Source: an uncultured Bacilli bacterium (GTDB lineage Bacteria; Bacillota_I; Bacilli_A; RF39; UBA660). From it: DNA of 64,000 nucleotides. Made by a program: the position numbers and the translations under genes. Below are positions 30,378 through 40,149 of the stretch, piece by piece; position 1 is the stretch's first letter, and every line of letters starts with the position of its first letter. The stretch is from contig CALVVF010000003.1 in the NCBI GenBank assembly GCA_944363785.1, forward strand, positions 7,011-71,010, written 5' to 3'. The notes beneath the pieces are model-generated. The model saw only the letters and a list, made by a program, of their open reading frames with translations. It was not told where the DNA came from and made no database searches.

Positions 30378-31208
30378 CTATTTACTATTACGACGACGTA
30401 CGATAAATTTATCAGACGCTTTTTTCTTACGTGTTTTATAACCAAGTGCTGGTTTACCCCAAGGAGTAACTGGGCCTTTACGACCGATTGGTGCACGTCC
30501 TTCACCACCACCATGTGGGTGATCATTAGGGTTCATTACACTACCACGAACTGTTGGACGAATTCCTAAATGACGAGTACGTCCTGCTTTTCCTAATCTA
30601 ACTAATCCTTTATCTTCGTTACCAACTTCACCGATCGTTGCATAACAAGTACCAAGAATTAATCTTTGTTCGCCACTTGAAAGTCTTACCATTACGTAAT
30701 TTCCTTCACGTCCTAGGATTTGTGCTGAAGCACCTGCTGAACGAGCAAGTTCTCCTCCCTTACCAGGACGAAGTTCGATATTGTGAATCATCGTACCTAC
30801 AGGGATATTCATAAGCGGTAAAGCATTTCCAACTTTGATGTCTGCGTTTTCTCCGCTAACGATTTTATCTCCTACTTTCAAACTTTTTGGAGCGATGATA
30901 TATCTCTTTTCACCATCTGAATAATTAATTAAGGCAATATTTGCCGTTCTGTTTGGGTCGTATTCGATACTAGCAACGGTACCTGGAATATCACGTTTAT
31001 TACGTTTGAAGTCAATAATACGATATTTTCTTTTAGCTCCGCCACCTTGATGTCTAACGGTAATTCTACCTTGATTGTTACGACCACCATTTTTCTTTAA
31101 GCTAACTACTAGACTTTTTTCTGGAGTAGACTTTGTAATTTCTTCATTTACTAAAGTACTTCTCTTTCTTTGCCCCGGTGTAATCGGCTTGTAGTTTCTT
31201 ACTGACAT
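30378..31208 (-). CDS. rplB: 50S ribosomal protein L2
   Basis: The C-terminal [12 protein letters not shown] is present. Confidence 0.95.
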   Translation of the reverse strand: MSVRNYKPITPGQRKRSTLVNEEITKSTPEKSLVVSLKKNGGRNNQGRITVRHQGGGAKRKYRIIDFKRNKRDIPGTVASIEYDPNRTANIALINYSDGEKRYIIAPKSLKVGDKIVSGENADIKVGNALPLMNIPVGTMIHNIELRPGKGGELARSAGASAQILGREGNYVMVRLSSGEQRLILGTCYATIGEVGNEDKGLVRLGKAGRTRHLGIRPTVRGSVMNPNDHPHGGGEGRAPIGRKGPVTPWGKPALGYKTRKKKASDKFIVRRRNSK

Positions 31209-31222
31209 GAGTAACCCTCCTT

Positions 31223-31507
31223 CTAATTAAGTTCGATTGATTGACCTTCTGCTAAAGTGACAATCGCTTTTTTAGTACGATTAGTCAACCCAGTATAACG
31301 ACCAACTCTTCTTTTCTTTGGTTTAACATTAATTGTACGAATTTCTTGTACTTTTACTTTGAATATTTTTTCAATTGCTTGTTTGATTTCGGTTTTATTT
31401 GCTCTTGAATCTACTTTAAATACATATTGATTCTTATTTTGTGCTAAACTACCGGCTTTCTCGGTAATGACTGGCGCTTTGATAATCTCTAAATATTTTG
31501 TATCCAT
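31223..31507 (-). CDS. rplW: 50S ribosomal protein L23
   Basis: [11 protein letters not shown] is present. Confidence 0.9.
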   Translation of the reverse strand: MDTKYLEIIKAPVITEKAGSLAQNKNQYVFKVDSRANKTEIKQAIEKIFKVKVQEIRTINVKPKKRRVGRYTGLTNRTKKAIVTLAEGQSIELN

Positions 31508-32103
31508 TATTTAAGCACCTCCTCGATTTTCTTCATTGTCTCTTTTGTCGTTAAGACAACGTTAGTATTTACTAAATCTAAAACGTTCATTTCTGTAGGT
31601 TCGATTACCATAATGTTTTGTAAGTTTCTAGATGCAAGAATTAGGTTCTCGTCTAATTCGTTAACGATGATTAATACTTTTTTATCTGCTAATTCTAAAT
31701 TGTTTAATACTTGAATCATCTCTTTTGTCTTAGGTGTTGATAAAACTAACTCGTCTACTACGATAATATTTTTTTCGTTATATAGATTTAAGAAAGCAGT
31801 TTGTAATGCTAATCTTCTTTCTTTACGATTTTGTTTTTTAGAATAATCTCTAGGAACTGGTGTACCATATCTGCCACCGCCTACCCATTGTACTGCACGG
31901 ATAGATCCTTGACGAGCATGTCCTGTTCCTTTTTGACGCCATGGTTTTCTTCCACCGCCACGTACTTCACTACGATTTTTTGTTGAGTGAGTTCCTTGCC
32001 TTAATGATGCTTGAGCTAAGATGATCGCGTCATATAAGACTTTTTCATTAGGTTCGATCGCAAGTAACTCTTTATTTAATTTAACGTCCTTTAGTTTTTC
32101 CAT
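31507..32103 (-). CDS. rplD: 50S ribosomal protein L4
   Basis: [19 protein letters not shown] is present. The start is set at the ATG 32103 with the RBS GGAGGAA. Confidence 0.9.
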   Translation of the reverse strand: MEKLKDVKLNKELLAIEPNEKVLYDAIILAQASLRQGTHSTKNRSEVRGGGRKPWRQKGTGHARQGSIRAVQWVGGGRYGTPVPRDYSKKQNRKERRLALQTAFLNLYNEKNIIVVDELVLSTPKTKEMIQVLNNLELADKKVLIIVNELDENLILASRNLQNIMVIEPTEMNVLDLVNTNVVLTTKETMKKIEEVLK

Positions 32104-32158
32104 CTTTAATTCCTCCTTATCTATCACATTACTCTTTATTTATCTTTTTTTGTGATGA

Positions 32159-32911
32159 TTATTCGTTAACTTCGGTTTCTTCAGTTTCTACTTCATCTAC
32201 TGTATCTTGAGCTTCAATCTCAGCTTCTTGTTGTTCAGTAGTAGGATCTTCGTAAGTGATTAGTTCTTCACTATCCATTACTTTTTCTCCTTTTTTTACT
32301 GAAGTTTTGATCATAACTAAAGATTTTTTAGGACCTGGAACGTTACCTTTTACTAAAATAACATTGTTTTCTAAGTCAACGTCAACGATTTCAAGGTTTT
32401 GGATTGTTGTTGTTTCGTTACCCATATGACCTGGAAGTTTCTTTCCTTTTAGAACGTGCATTGGTAACATTGTACCTAATGAACCAACACCTCTATGGTA
32501 TTGACTACCATGTCCCATAGGTCCACGAGATTGGTTATGTCTCTTGATAACACCTTGGAAACCTTTTCCTTTACTTACTCCTGTTACGTCGACTACTTCT
32601 CCTTTTGTGAAGATATCGGCTTTGATTTCTTGACCTAGTTCATAATCACTAGTATTTACTCCCCTAATTTCTCTTAAGAAGCGCTTAGGCTCGGTATTTG
32701 CTTTGTTTGTATGACCCATTTTTGCTTTGTTACTAGCTTTTGGTTTAACTGTTTCGTAACCTAATTGAATAGCGTCATAACCTTCGTTTGCTACTGTTTT
32801 GATTTGAGTAACTACATTAGGTTTTACTTCGATTACGGTAACAGGAATTAATTTTCCAGAAGTAGTAAATACTTGAGTCATTCCTATTTTTGTACCTAAG
32901 ATTCCTTTCAT
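32159..32911 (-). CDS. rplC: 50S ribosomal protein L3 with acidic C-terminal extension
   Basis: The L3 core is followed by about 40 aa of Glu/Asp/Thr-rich tail ([30 protein letters not shown]). Confidence 0.9.
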   Translation of the reverse strand: MKGILGTKIGMTQVFTTSGKLIPVTVIEVKPNVVTQIKTVANEGYDAIQLGYETVKPKASNKAKMGHTNKANTEPKRFLREIRGVNTSDYELGQEIKADIFTKGEVVDVTGVSKGKGFQGVIKRHNQSRGPMGHGSQYHRGVGSLGTMLPMHVLKGKKLPGHMGNETTTIQNLEIVDVDLENNVILVKGNVPGPKKSLVMIKTSVKKGEKVMDSEELITYEDPTTEQQEAEIEAQDTVDEVETEETEVNE

Positions 32912-32929
32912 ACTTTTTTCCTCCTATAA

Positions 32930-33244
32930 TTATTGTTCTACTTTGATTTTAATATCAACACCGCTTGGCAAATCTAAATGCGTTAATGCATCGATTGTTT
33001 CCTTGCTTGGGTTCTTGACATCAATAAGCCTTTTGTGTGTACGCATTTCGAATTGTTCACGACTATCTTTATATTTGTGAACAGCTCTTAAAACGGTAAA
33101 CTTTTCGATCTTAGTTGGTAATGGAACTGGTCCACTAACTTCTCCACCTGATCTTGTGACCGTTTCTACTATTTTTTTTGCAGCACTATCTAGAATTCTA
33201 TGATCGTATGCTTGTAAATTTATGCGAACATTTCCTTTTGACAT
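32930..33244 (-). CDS. rpsJ: 30S ribosomal protein S10
   Basis: [14 protein letters not shown] is present. Confidence 0.95.
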   Translation of the reverse strand: MSKGNVRINLQAYDHRILDSAAKKIVETVTRSGGEVSGPVPLPTKIEKFTVLRAVHKYKDSREQFEMRTHKRLIDVKNPSKETIDALTHLDLPSGVDIKIKVEQ

Positions 33245-33366
33245 TTTGAATCCTCCCTTCGCCTATATCTAGTATAGACATGCTCCGTGTAAATAACCTG
33301 ATTCCAGTTAACAACTTAACCCGGTGTATCAGCAACCTTACACATCTAAGCAGCCACACGCCTAAG

Positions 33367-33395
33367 ATTATAGCATGGTACCTTTCAAAAAGCAA
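33367..33395 (-). promoter_or_regulatory. S10 operon promoter TTGCTT-N17-TGcTATAAT (extended -10), followed by about 115-nt GC-rich structured leader (33245-33360)
   Basis: The hexamers were read on the minus strand. The leader is markedly GC-richer than the surroundings. Confidence 0.6.
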
Positions 33396-33620
33396 GCACT
33401 TTTTGAAGAAATTTGTTTGTTTTTCAGGGACTTTTGTCTTTTTGACACAAATAGAGTTTTTTTCTTTGCGAAAGAGAACTATTTTTCTTCTTTTCCCATA
33501 GCTAGGATTTATTTCCTTTTTTATTATTCAAAATTCCCAGTTAGGAATGGTCATTTAGTATTATATATATAATAAGGATAGAAAAAAACAAACAGAACTA
33601 TTTCTAGCCCTATTTGTTTA

Positions 33621-35120
33621 TTATTTAGAAAGCAAACTTTCTCCTGTCATCTCTTGAGGAATTTCTAAATTCATTATTTCTAGAATTGTTGGTGCGATAT
33701 CGCCAAGTTTTCCATCATGAGGAACATAATCAGGATTACAGATAATAAATGGCACTTTATTAGTCGTATGAGAAGTGATAATATTATCGTTTTCATCGAT
33801 CATAAGTTCACAGTTTCCGTGATCAGCTGTCACGATTAATAAGCCTCCAAGTTCTTGGATTTTCGCATAAATCCTTCCTAGATTCTCATCAACTGCTTCT
33901 ACTGCTTTAATGGCTGCATCTAAATTTCCTGTATGTCCTACCATATCACAGTTCGCAAAATTTAAAATAATCACATCGTAATTACCCATGATTTCTTCTA
34001 GCTTATCGCCAATTTCATAGGCAGACATTTCTGGTGCCATATCGTAGGTAGCTACATCTTTTCGAGGTACGATAATTTTATCTGTACCTGGTAAATCCAA
34101 TTCTTCACCACCGTCAAAGAAATAAGTAACGTGTGGATATTTGCTTGCTTCAGCGATACGTAATACCTTTTTTCCACATTTTGATAAATACATACCTAAA
34201 GAATTAGGTACTGTCACATGGGAATAGGCATTGGTACAAATAATTGATTTTTCTACTGGCATCATGGTTACTAGTTTAATATTCTGGAATTTTACAGTAT
34301 CGAACTCCTTGAAGTCTGGATTCGTAATTGCCGTAAATGTTTGCGTTGCACGATCTGGTCTAAAATTAGCGAAAATTAAACCATCATTTTCTTCTAAGTT
34401 ACTATTTTCATCTAGAATAGCCGGTTCAATAAATTCATCGAAGATCTTCTTTTGGTACTCTTCTTCGATATACGTATGATAATCTTTAATGACTGGAGCT
34501 TCTTTTTTAACAAGTAAATTATAGTAACGTTCAGTTAAATTCCACATTCTTTCTCTATCCATTGAATAGTAACGTCCAGAAACATCAGCGATACTTCCTA
34601 AATTTAGTTCATCAATTTTTACTTGTAATTGATCTAAGTATTGACAAGCAACATCAGGAAGTGTATCTCTACCATCCAAAAAAGCATGAACGTAAACTCG
34701 TTTTACTCCTTCTTTTTTAGCCATATCAAGTAAAGCTAAAATATGGTTGATATGAGAATGGATACCTCCATCGCTTAATAGTCCAAAAATGTGTAGTTTG
34801 GAATCATTTTCATTGACATGAGCCATTACCTTTTTCAATTCTTCATTGTCAAAGAATTTTCCTTCTCTGATATCTTTAGAGATCAATTCAAGTGGTTGAT
34901 AGACAATTCTACCCCCACCAATATTTAAATGTCCTACCTCTGAATTTCCCATCTGTCCAGCTGGTAGCCCTACTTGTTCTCCACTTGCCTCTAACTTGCT
35001 GTGGGGATATGTGTTCCATAGATAATCAAAAGTTGGTTTACTAGCTAGTTTGGTAGCATTTCCCTTAGTTTCTTCTCTTAAGCCAAAACCATCAATAATG
35101 GTTAATAATATTGGTTTCAT
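33621..35120 (-). CDS. gpmI: 2,3-bisphosphoglycerate-independent phosphoglycerate mutase
   Basis: The protein is 499 aa; the TIIDGFG..NSEVGHLN Mn-site motifs are present. Confidence 0.9.
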   Translation of the reverse strand: MKPILLTIIDGFGLREETKGNATKLASKPTFDYLWNTYPHSKLEASGEQVGLPAGQMGNSEVGHLNIGGGRIVYQPLELISKDIREGKFFDNEELKKVMAHVNENDSKLHIFGLLSDGGIHSHINHILALLDMAKKEGVKRVYVHAFLDGRDTLPDVACQYLDQLQVKIDELNLGSIADVSGRYYSMDRERMWNLTERYYNLLVKKEAPVIKDYHTYIEEEYQKKIFDEFIEPAILDENSNLEENDGLIFANFRPDRATQTFTAITNPDFKEFDTVKFQNIKLVTMMPVEKSIICTNAYSHVTVPNSLGMYLSKCGKKVLRIAEASKYPHVTYFFDGGEELDLPGTDKIIVPRKDVATYDMAPEMSAYEIGDKLEEIMGNYDVIILNFANCDMVGHTGNLDAAIKAVEAVDENLGRIYAKIQELGGLLIVTADHGNCELMIDENDNIITSHTTNKVPFIICNPDYVPHDGKLGDIAPTILEIMNLEIPQEMTGESLLSK

Positions 35121-35138
35121 TTTTCATCCTTCTTTCTT

Positions 35139-35573
35139 TCATTTAATTTCTTTTCTAAATACGTCGGTTCCTTTGGCCTTAAAGCCTAATTTTTGATAAA
35201 CATGACGAGCAATTTCTCTTTTTGGATTAGATGTTAATTCTAAGTAGCTTATATGCTCTATTTTCGCTTTTTCCATTACATACTCTATTAACTTAGTCGC
35301 AATTCTTTGTCCACGATAGGAAGGATAGACGACTACATAATCAATTACATATTTATAGATAAGTTTTAGTGGTTCGTAACTTTTCGTCACCAACAAAGTG
35401 CCTACTACCTTTTTATCCTCTGATACCATTCCCAGAAAAAAACATTCTTTTGGTAAATGAGAAATAATTTTTTCTTCTCTTTCTTCCTCTACTATGTTAA
35501 ATTCTGTTCGTATTAACTTTAAGCAAGAGGCAATTTCCGTTTTATTTTCACTTTGAAATTCTTTTAAATCCAT
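35139..35573 (-). CDS. GNAT-family N-acetyltransferase
   Basis: It has the acetyl-CoA-binding core (RGQRIATKLIEYVM). Confidence 0.75.
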   Translation of the reverse strand: MDLKEFQSENKTEIASCLKLIRTEFNIVEEEREEKIISHLPKECFFLGMVSEDKKVVGTLLVTKSYEPLKLIYKYVIDYVVVYPSYRGQRIATKLIEYVMEKAKIEHISYLELTSNPKREIARHVYQKLGFKAKGTDVFRKEIK

Positions 35574-36847
35574 CAGTTATCTTCCTTTAGACAGAAAGTA
35601 GCATATATCGGAATATATTTTACATTCTTTTTAAGTCCAAAATTATCTTCTGTAATTCTAATTGCTTCGTTGATATTAAATCTACTCATGAATAAAGACA
35701 GTGATTTCGCTTTAGAAACATTTTTATTCACAATCTCCACCGGAATGACCTTACCGCTTCTAGTTTGAATAACGAATGGAACCTCAGCTTTTCCTTCTGA
35801 TTGATAATAATATAGATTATAGCCACTACTCATAATCGCATTGGCCACACTATTTTCATATAAAATATATTTCAAGTTATCATCGGAAAGTAATTTTATT
35901 TTAGATAGGTGCATCATCATATAAAGAATTCCCGTATCATTTAAATATAATTTAAAACTTTCTATATCTTTACACTTACTAAGTGGTGGAGTAGCTTCCG
36001 TTATTTTGTGGCATTTATACACAATCCCAGTTAGAGATAAATACTCTAATGCTTTTTCATAATCTTTACTTCTACCACCAGTACGCATCAAACCATATTG
36101 GAACTTACGATTAGGTTTTAATAATTGATAAGGAACAATATTTAATACCTCGTTAGCTCGAACAATATCGATTGTATTTTCTATCTCTAAAAGTTCTTTT
36201 TTATAACAATCTAATATCTTTTCTTGAATAATTTTTACTTTTAAATCTGATTCATGATTTAAATGGGCTTGGATGACTTCTGGCATACCACCTGTTAATA
36301 GATATTCTTCATAATAATCTAAAGCTAATTGATGAAAGGGCATCGGTTTATTATTACGATAAGCTGTTTTGATAAATTCGATCAATTCAAGATTGCCTAC
36401 TGCTTTTAAATATTCCTCAAAGTCCATAGCAAACATATATTTATATTGTAGTTCTTCTCCTTTAAAGACAGGTAACTTTTCTTTGTGAGACGTAATCATG
36501 ATAATGTGATAGTCATTAAGCTCTTTACCGAATTTTTTTATTGCTTTTACAACTTCTACATCATTTACATTATCAATAATCAATAAAGTGTCTGTCTTAA
36601 AAATAGGTTCTCCTACTAATAGCGATAGTTTAGCAATTATTTTATCGATTGTTCGTTCTTTTTTTATAATACTTTGTAGAGCAATATTGTTGTCACTATT
36701 AATATAGGCTACTGTTTTATATTCTTTCTCGCCAAATTCAATTACACTGTACGTTTTTCCAATCTGTTTATTTCCATACAATAGTAAAGGTTTTCTATTT
36801 GTATCTTTTTTCCATTTTAGAAGATCTGCTGTTATTTTTCGTTCCAT
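35573..36847 (-). CDS. AAA-domain ATPase with C-terminal DUF4143-like domain
   Basis: The P-loop GNKQIGKT is present. The start is set at the ATG 36847 with the RBS AAGGAGGG. Confidence 0.65.
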   Translation of the reverse strand: MERKITADLLKWKKDTNRKPLLLYGNKQIGKTYSVIEFGEKEYKTVAYINSDNNIALQSIIKKERTIDKIIAKLSLLVGEPIFKTDTLLIIDNVNDVEVVKAIKKFGKELNDYHIIMITSHKEKLPVFKGEELQYKYMFAMDFEEYLKAVGNLELIEFIKTAYRNNKPMPFHQLALDYYEEYLLTGGMPEVIQAHLNHESDLKVKIIQEKILDCYKKELLEIENTIDIVRANEVLNIVPYQLLKPNRKFQYGLMRTGGRSKDYEKALEYLSLTGIVYKCHKITEATPPLSKCKDIESFKLYLNDTGILYMMMHLSKIKLLSDDNLKYILYENSVANAIMSSGYNLYYYQSEGKAEVPFVIQTRSGKVIPVEIVNKNVSKAKSLSLFMSRFNINEAIRITEDNFGLKKNVKYIPIYATFCLKEDN

Positions 36848-37118
36848 AAATCGCACCCTCCTTACATTAATTAACACTTATATTATAATTCAATTTGGTT
36901 TCTCCGTCAATTCATGAACCTTATTTTCTACCAAATTTTCCCTGTAATTATCTTTTGGTAATTATCCTATCACTTATCCTGTTTGCATGTTTTTCATTAT
37001 AAATTTCTTTTCGATTATCTTTTTACAGTAGGATGTAAAATTACCTAGAAATTCCGGGCATTCAACTTAGAATTAGCCTATTTAGACCATTTTTTGATAT
37101 AATAAACATGGTGATATT

Positions 37119-37589
37119 ATGAATTATTCTTTACCTGAATTTACCTTGGAGCGAGTTGATTTCTTCGCAGAAGAACACATTCGTTACATTGAGGGATTAA
37201 TTACTGATCCTGAAGTAAAAAGGTTTCTTCCTTATTTTGAACACGGATTATTTATTTCTAAAAATATTGGATTATTAAATTCTCATTATGTTCTGGTTAA
37301 AGATCAACAACCAATGGGATATGTTTATTTTAGTGCTCCTTTTATGGAGAACAATCAATTAAATGCCGAAGTTCGCTACATCATTGATCCTGCTTATCGT
37401 CATCAGGGTCTAGGTAAAAAAGCAGTACAGCAAAGTACTGATTTTGTTCTCAGCCATGAGAATATTTCTAATTTGCGGGCATTTGTTCATCCTGATAATT
37501 TGAGTAGTCTTTCGGTTATTCAAGCCGCAGGTTTTTATGAAACCGATCAAAATATAGATGGTATTGGATTTACTAAGCCTAGAAAATAA
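37119..37589 (+). CDS. GNAT-family N-acetyltransferase
   Basis: YIIDPAYRHQGLGKKAV is present. Confidence 0.75.
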   Translation: MNYSLPEFTLERVDFFAEEHIRYIEGLITDPEVKRFLPYFEHGLFISKNIGLLNSHYVLVKDQQPMGYVYFSAPFMENNQLNAEVRYIIDPAYRHQGLGKKAVQQSTDFVLSHENISNLRAFVHPDNLSSLSVIQAAGFYETDQNIDGIGFTKPRK

Positions 37590-37593
37590 TCAT

Positions 37594-37630
37594 AAGAAAA
37601 GGTGTAGCTTTATAGGTTACACCTTTTATT
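37594..37630. terminator. bidirectional hairpin between GNAT (+) and spo0A (-)
   Basis: AAAGGTGTA-N11-TACACCTTT. Confidence 0.5.
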
Positions 37631-38399
37631 TACAGTAATCTTTTTGAAATTCCAATCGTAGTTTGTCAGCGACAGTAACAATGAATTCGGAATTGGTTGG
37701 TTTGGCTTTATCAATATCGACACTATGGCCAAATATCTCTTCCATTAAATCCCAATCCCCACGATTCCAACTCACCTCGATCGCATGACGAATGGCTCTT
37801 TCGACCCGAGAAACGGTCGTATTAAATTTTTTCGCAATATCTGGATATAATTCCTTGGTAATGCCACCAATTACTTCTGGTCGCTCATAGAGAATAGAAA
37901 TTCCTTCTCTGATATATTGATATCCCTTTATATGGGATGGTATTCCTAATTCATGTAATATTTTAGTAATCGAAATCTGTAAGTTATTATGGTAAATATC
38001 GATTGAAGCATTGCTGTAGGTTTTACTATCGGTACAATCTTCTATTCTTCGTTCTAGATCAGATAATTCAAACGGCTTTAAGATGAAATAATTAATTCCA
38101 TACTCAGATACTCTTCTAATCATCTCTTGTGCATTATAAGATGTTAGTACAATTACCTTCTTATCGATCTGTTCTTTTCTCATACTCTCTAGGATAGAGA
38201 GTCCATCTTTTTTCGGCATAATCAAGTCTAAGATGATGACATCATACTCGTTTTGCCTTGTTTTAATTAATTCTAAACCTCTTTCTCCATCATTTGCTTC
38301 TAATACTAATTCGATATTAGCGTGATCTTTAAAGTACTCCTTAATCATGCTTACTAGGTCGACATTATCATCGATCATCAGTACTCTGACTTTATTCAT
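37626..38399 (-). CDS. spo0A: sporulation master regulator Spo0A (receiver plus Spo0A_C)
   Basis: The receiver has [12 protein letters not shown]. The C-terminus [58 protein letters not shown] is diagnostic of Spo0A. Confidence 0.9.
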   Translation of the reverse strand: MNKVRVLMIDDNVDLVSMIKEYFKDHANIELVLEANDGERGLELIKTRQNEYDVIILDLIMPKKDGLSILESMRKEQIDKKVIVLTSYNAQEMIRRVSEYGINYFILKPFELSDLERRIEDCTDSKTYSNASIDIYHNNLQISITKILHELGIPSHIKGYQYIREGISILYERPEVIGGITKELYPDIAKKFNTTVSRVERAIRHAIEVSWNRGDWDLMEEIFGHSVDIDKAKPTNSEFIVTVADKLRLEFQKDYCK

Positions 38400-38525
38400 A
38401 TTTTCTCCTTTCGTACTCCACGCAAGTATTATTATACACTATATTATTACAAATAGATACAGTGAAAATTGTAAGCTTTTGTCAAATGATGTCGAGTATG
38501 AGAAAATAACCATATAAATTCTCAT

Positions 38526-38556
38526 TTTAGAACAAAATGAAAAATCAATTTTTCAT
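38526..38556 (-). terminator. rho-independent terminator after the tnpB 3' structured region
   Basis: On the minus strand it reads ATGAAAAAT-TG-ATTTTTCAT followed by TTTGTTC. Confidence 0.55.
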
Positions 38557-38700
38557 GTCCCAGTCGTTGCCTCCTGGGCTTTCTGCTTCATAGATAAAGT
38601 AACCTTTATTCTCCACAGACTTAACATCCGATAGTCGCTACCGTAGTTTTTTGTTCTTATTTGTTTTCTATTTTTTCTATATGAATTCTTTCATATACAT
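38557..38700 (-). ncRNA. candidate TnpB-associated omega-RNA (reRNA) scaffold derived from the IS right end
   Basis: This is a GC-rich segment in an AT-rich genome. It has hairpins, including GCCCAGGAGGCAACGACTGGGAC, and sits at and just beyond the tnpB 3' end, ahead of a terminator. Confidence 0.3.
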
Positions 38701-39816
38701 CTTTATTCCTTCAAATAATATATTCATACTAGCATTAATATCTCTATCATGATAACTTCCACATTCTGGACATAGCCAATTTCTAACTGATAAATCTTTT
38801 ACTTTCTCATTTTTATACCCGCATCTACTACATTCCTGACTACTCGGATAATAACTATCTATCTGAATGTATCGTTTTCCATAATACTTAGCTTTATATT
38901 CTAATATACGACATATCTCAGATAAACTGACATCAGTTAGATATTTAGAAAACTTCTTTTCTTCGATCATCTCTTTTGCCTTTAATGTTTCACTTACCAC
39001 AATATCATTTTCTAATACTAGTTTTTTCGTTATTTGATGAATAAAATGTTTTCTCGCATTCTTTAACTTCTGAAATAAAATGGCTAACTTTCTCTTCGTT
39101 TTATAGTAATTACTACTTCCTTTTTCTCTCCTGGATAATTCTCTTTGTTTCCTTTTTATTCTTTTTTCATATTTTTCTATGATTTTCTCATTCTTTACCT
39201 TTTCACCATCACTTGTAATCACAACATCTTTTATTCCTAAATCAATTCCTACTATAGTTTTAGGAATAATTTTTGGCACGATATGATTTACCTCTACTAA
39301 TACACTAGCATAGTACTTACCACTTGAATTCTCGCTAATCGTCGCATTAATTATTCTTCCAGGTAAAGTTTCTAAATTCCTATATCCTCTAATCTTTACT
39401 TCTTTTAATTTAGGAAGAATAATCACTTTTCTTTTTAAATCTACTCTAATATTTTCATACCTTTTTTCTTTATAATTATTCGTAATATAATTCGTTCGAT
39501 AACTTCTTTTAGAACTATACTTTCCTTTAAATTTTGGATAATTTGTTTGTTTATGAAAATAACGTTTAAATGCATCATCTAAATCAAATAAACTACATCT
39601 TAAACTACAAGAGTCCACTTCCTTTAAAAATGGATATTCTGAATATAAATTAGGTAAATCTTTAATCGTATCAAAACAAGTTGTATTTTCTTTTTTTCTT
39701 TTTTCAAGATAGTAATTATAAACTAGTCTTGTACAGCCAAATGTTTTTTGTATCATAATGATTTGTTTATCATTTGGATAAAGACGAAATTGGTAACTTT
39801 TATACATCATACTCAT
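38677..39816 (-). CDS. tnpB: IS605-family TnpB (OrfB) RNA-guided endonuclease, lone
   Basis: The N-terminal OrfB helix-turn-helix region is present (SYQFRLYPNDKQ). RuvC-I is GIDLGIKDV. The zinc ribbon is CSRCGYKN..CPECGSYHDRD. RuvC-III is DINASMNI. There is no adjacent tnpA. Confidence 0.85.
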   Translation of the reverse strand: MSMMYKSYQFRLYPNDKQIIMIQKTFGCTRLVYNYYLEKRKKENTTCFDTIKDLPNLYSEYPFLKEVDSCSLRCSLFDLDDAFKRYFHKQTNYPKFKGKYSSKRSYRTNYITNNYKEKRYENIRVDLKRKVIILPKLKEVKIRGYRNLETLPGRIINATISENSSGKYYASVLVEVNHIVPKIIPKTIVGIDLGIKDVVITSDGEKVKNEKIIEKYEKRIKRKQRELSRREKGSSNYYKTKRKLAILFQKLKNARKHFIHQITKKLVLENDIVVSETLKAKEMIEEKKFSKYLTDVSLSEICRILEYKAKYYGKRYIQIDSYYPSSQECSRCGYKNEKVKDLSVRNWLCPECGSYHDRDINASMNILFEGIKMYMKEFI

Positions 39817-39889
39817 GTCTATCCCTCCCTGTTGTGAATGGTTAATAGGAGTTTATCAAACAAATGTACGCAAGTCAAGTGGATTATAA

Positions 39890-39940
39890 AATTTTCTATT
39901 TTTTCTTGTTTTCAGCCTTTAACTAAGCAAATTCCTAGTA
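39890..39940. repeat. about 60-bp repeat, copy 2 (upstream of tnpB, downstream of the tpiA-coupled small gene)
   Basis: It is near-identical to 8519-8578. Confidence 0.8.
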
Positions 39941-39987
39941 TATAAAAAAAATGTCTTGGATTATCCAAACAAAAAGAATCACTGTTT

Positions 39988-40149
39988 TTAGCGATTCTTG
40001 GATAAAGCTTGAGAAGCCATAGCAACGATTAATAGTATTACAACCATAATCATAATCCATAAAAGTGGACTGTCATAATGACTCTCAAAAAAGTTTTCCA
40101 ATTCTTTAAAGCTTCGATCTAGCCAATCAAATAGTGCATTCCCTATCAT
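39988..40149 (-). CDS. small tail-anchored membrane protein (53 aa), translationally coupled to tpiA
   Basis: Manual translation gives MIGNALFDWLDRSFKELENFFESHYDSPLLWIMIMVVILLIVAMASQALSKNR. Its ATG overlaps the tpiA TGA as ATGA, and the GGAGGAAGAAG in the tpiA 3' end serves as the RBS. Confidence 0.5.
   Translation of the reverse strand: MIGNALFDWLDRSFKELENFFESHYDSPLLWIMIMVVILLIVAMASQALSKNR

Noticed and set aside
33260-33370. GC-rich islands at 33260-33370 and 38555-38640 as tRNA genes
   Set aside because: There is no T-loop (GTTCRAnYC) and no acceptor-stem pairing. They are better explained as an mRNA leader and IS right-end RNA.
39988-40149. The small gene after tpiA being secG
   Set aside because: SecG starts with a TM helix and has two TM segments. 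This protein has a soluble head and a single C-terminal helix.
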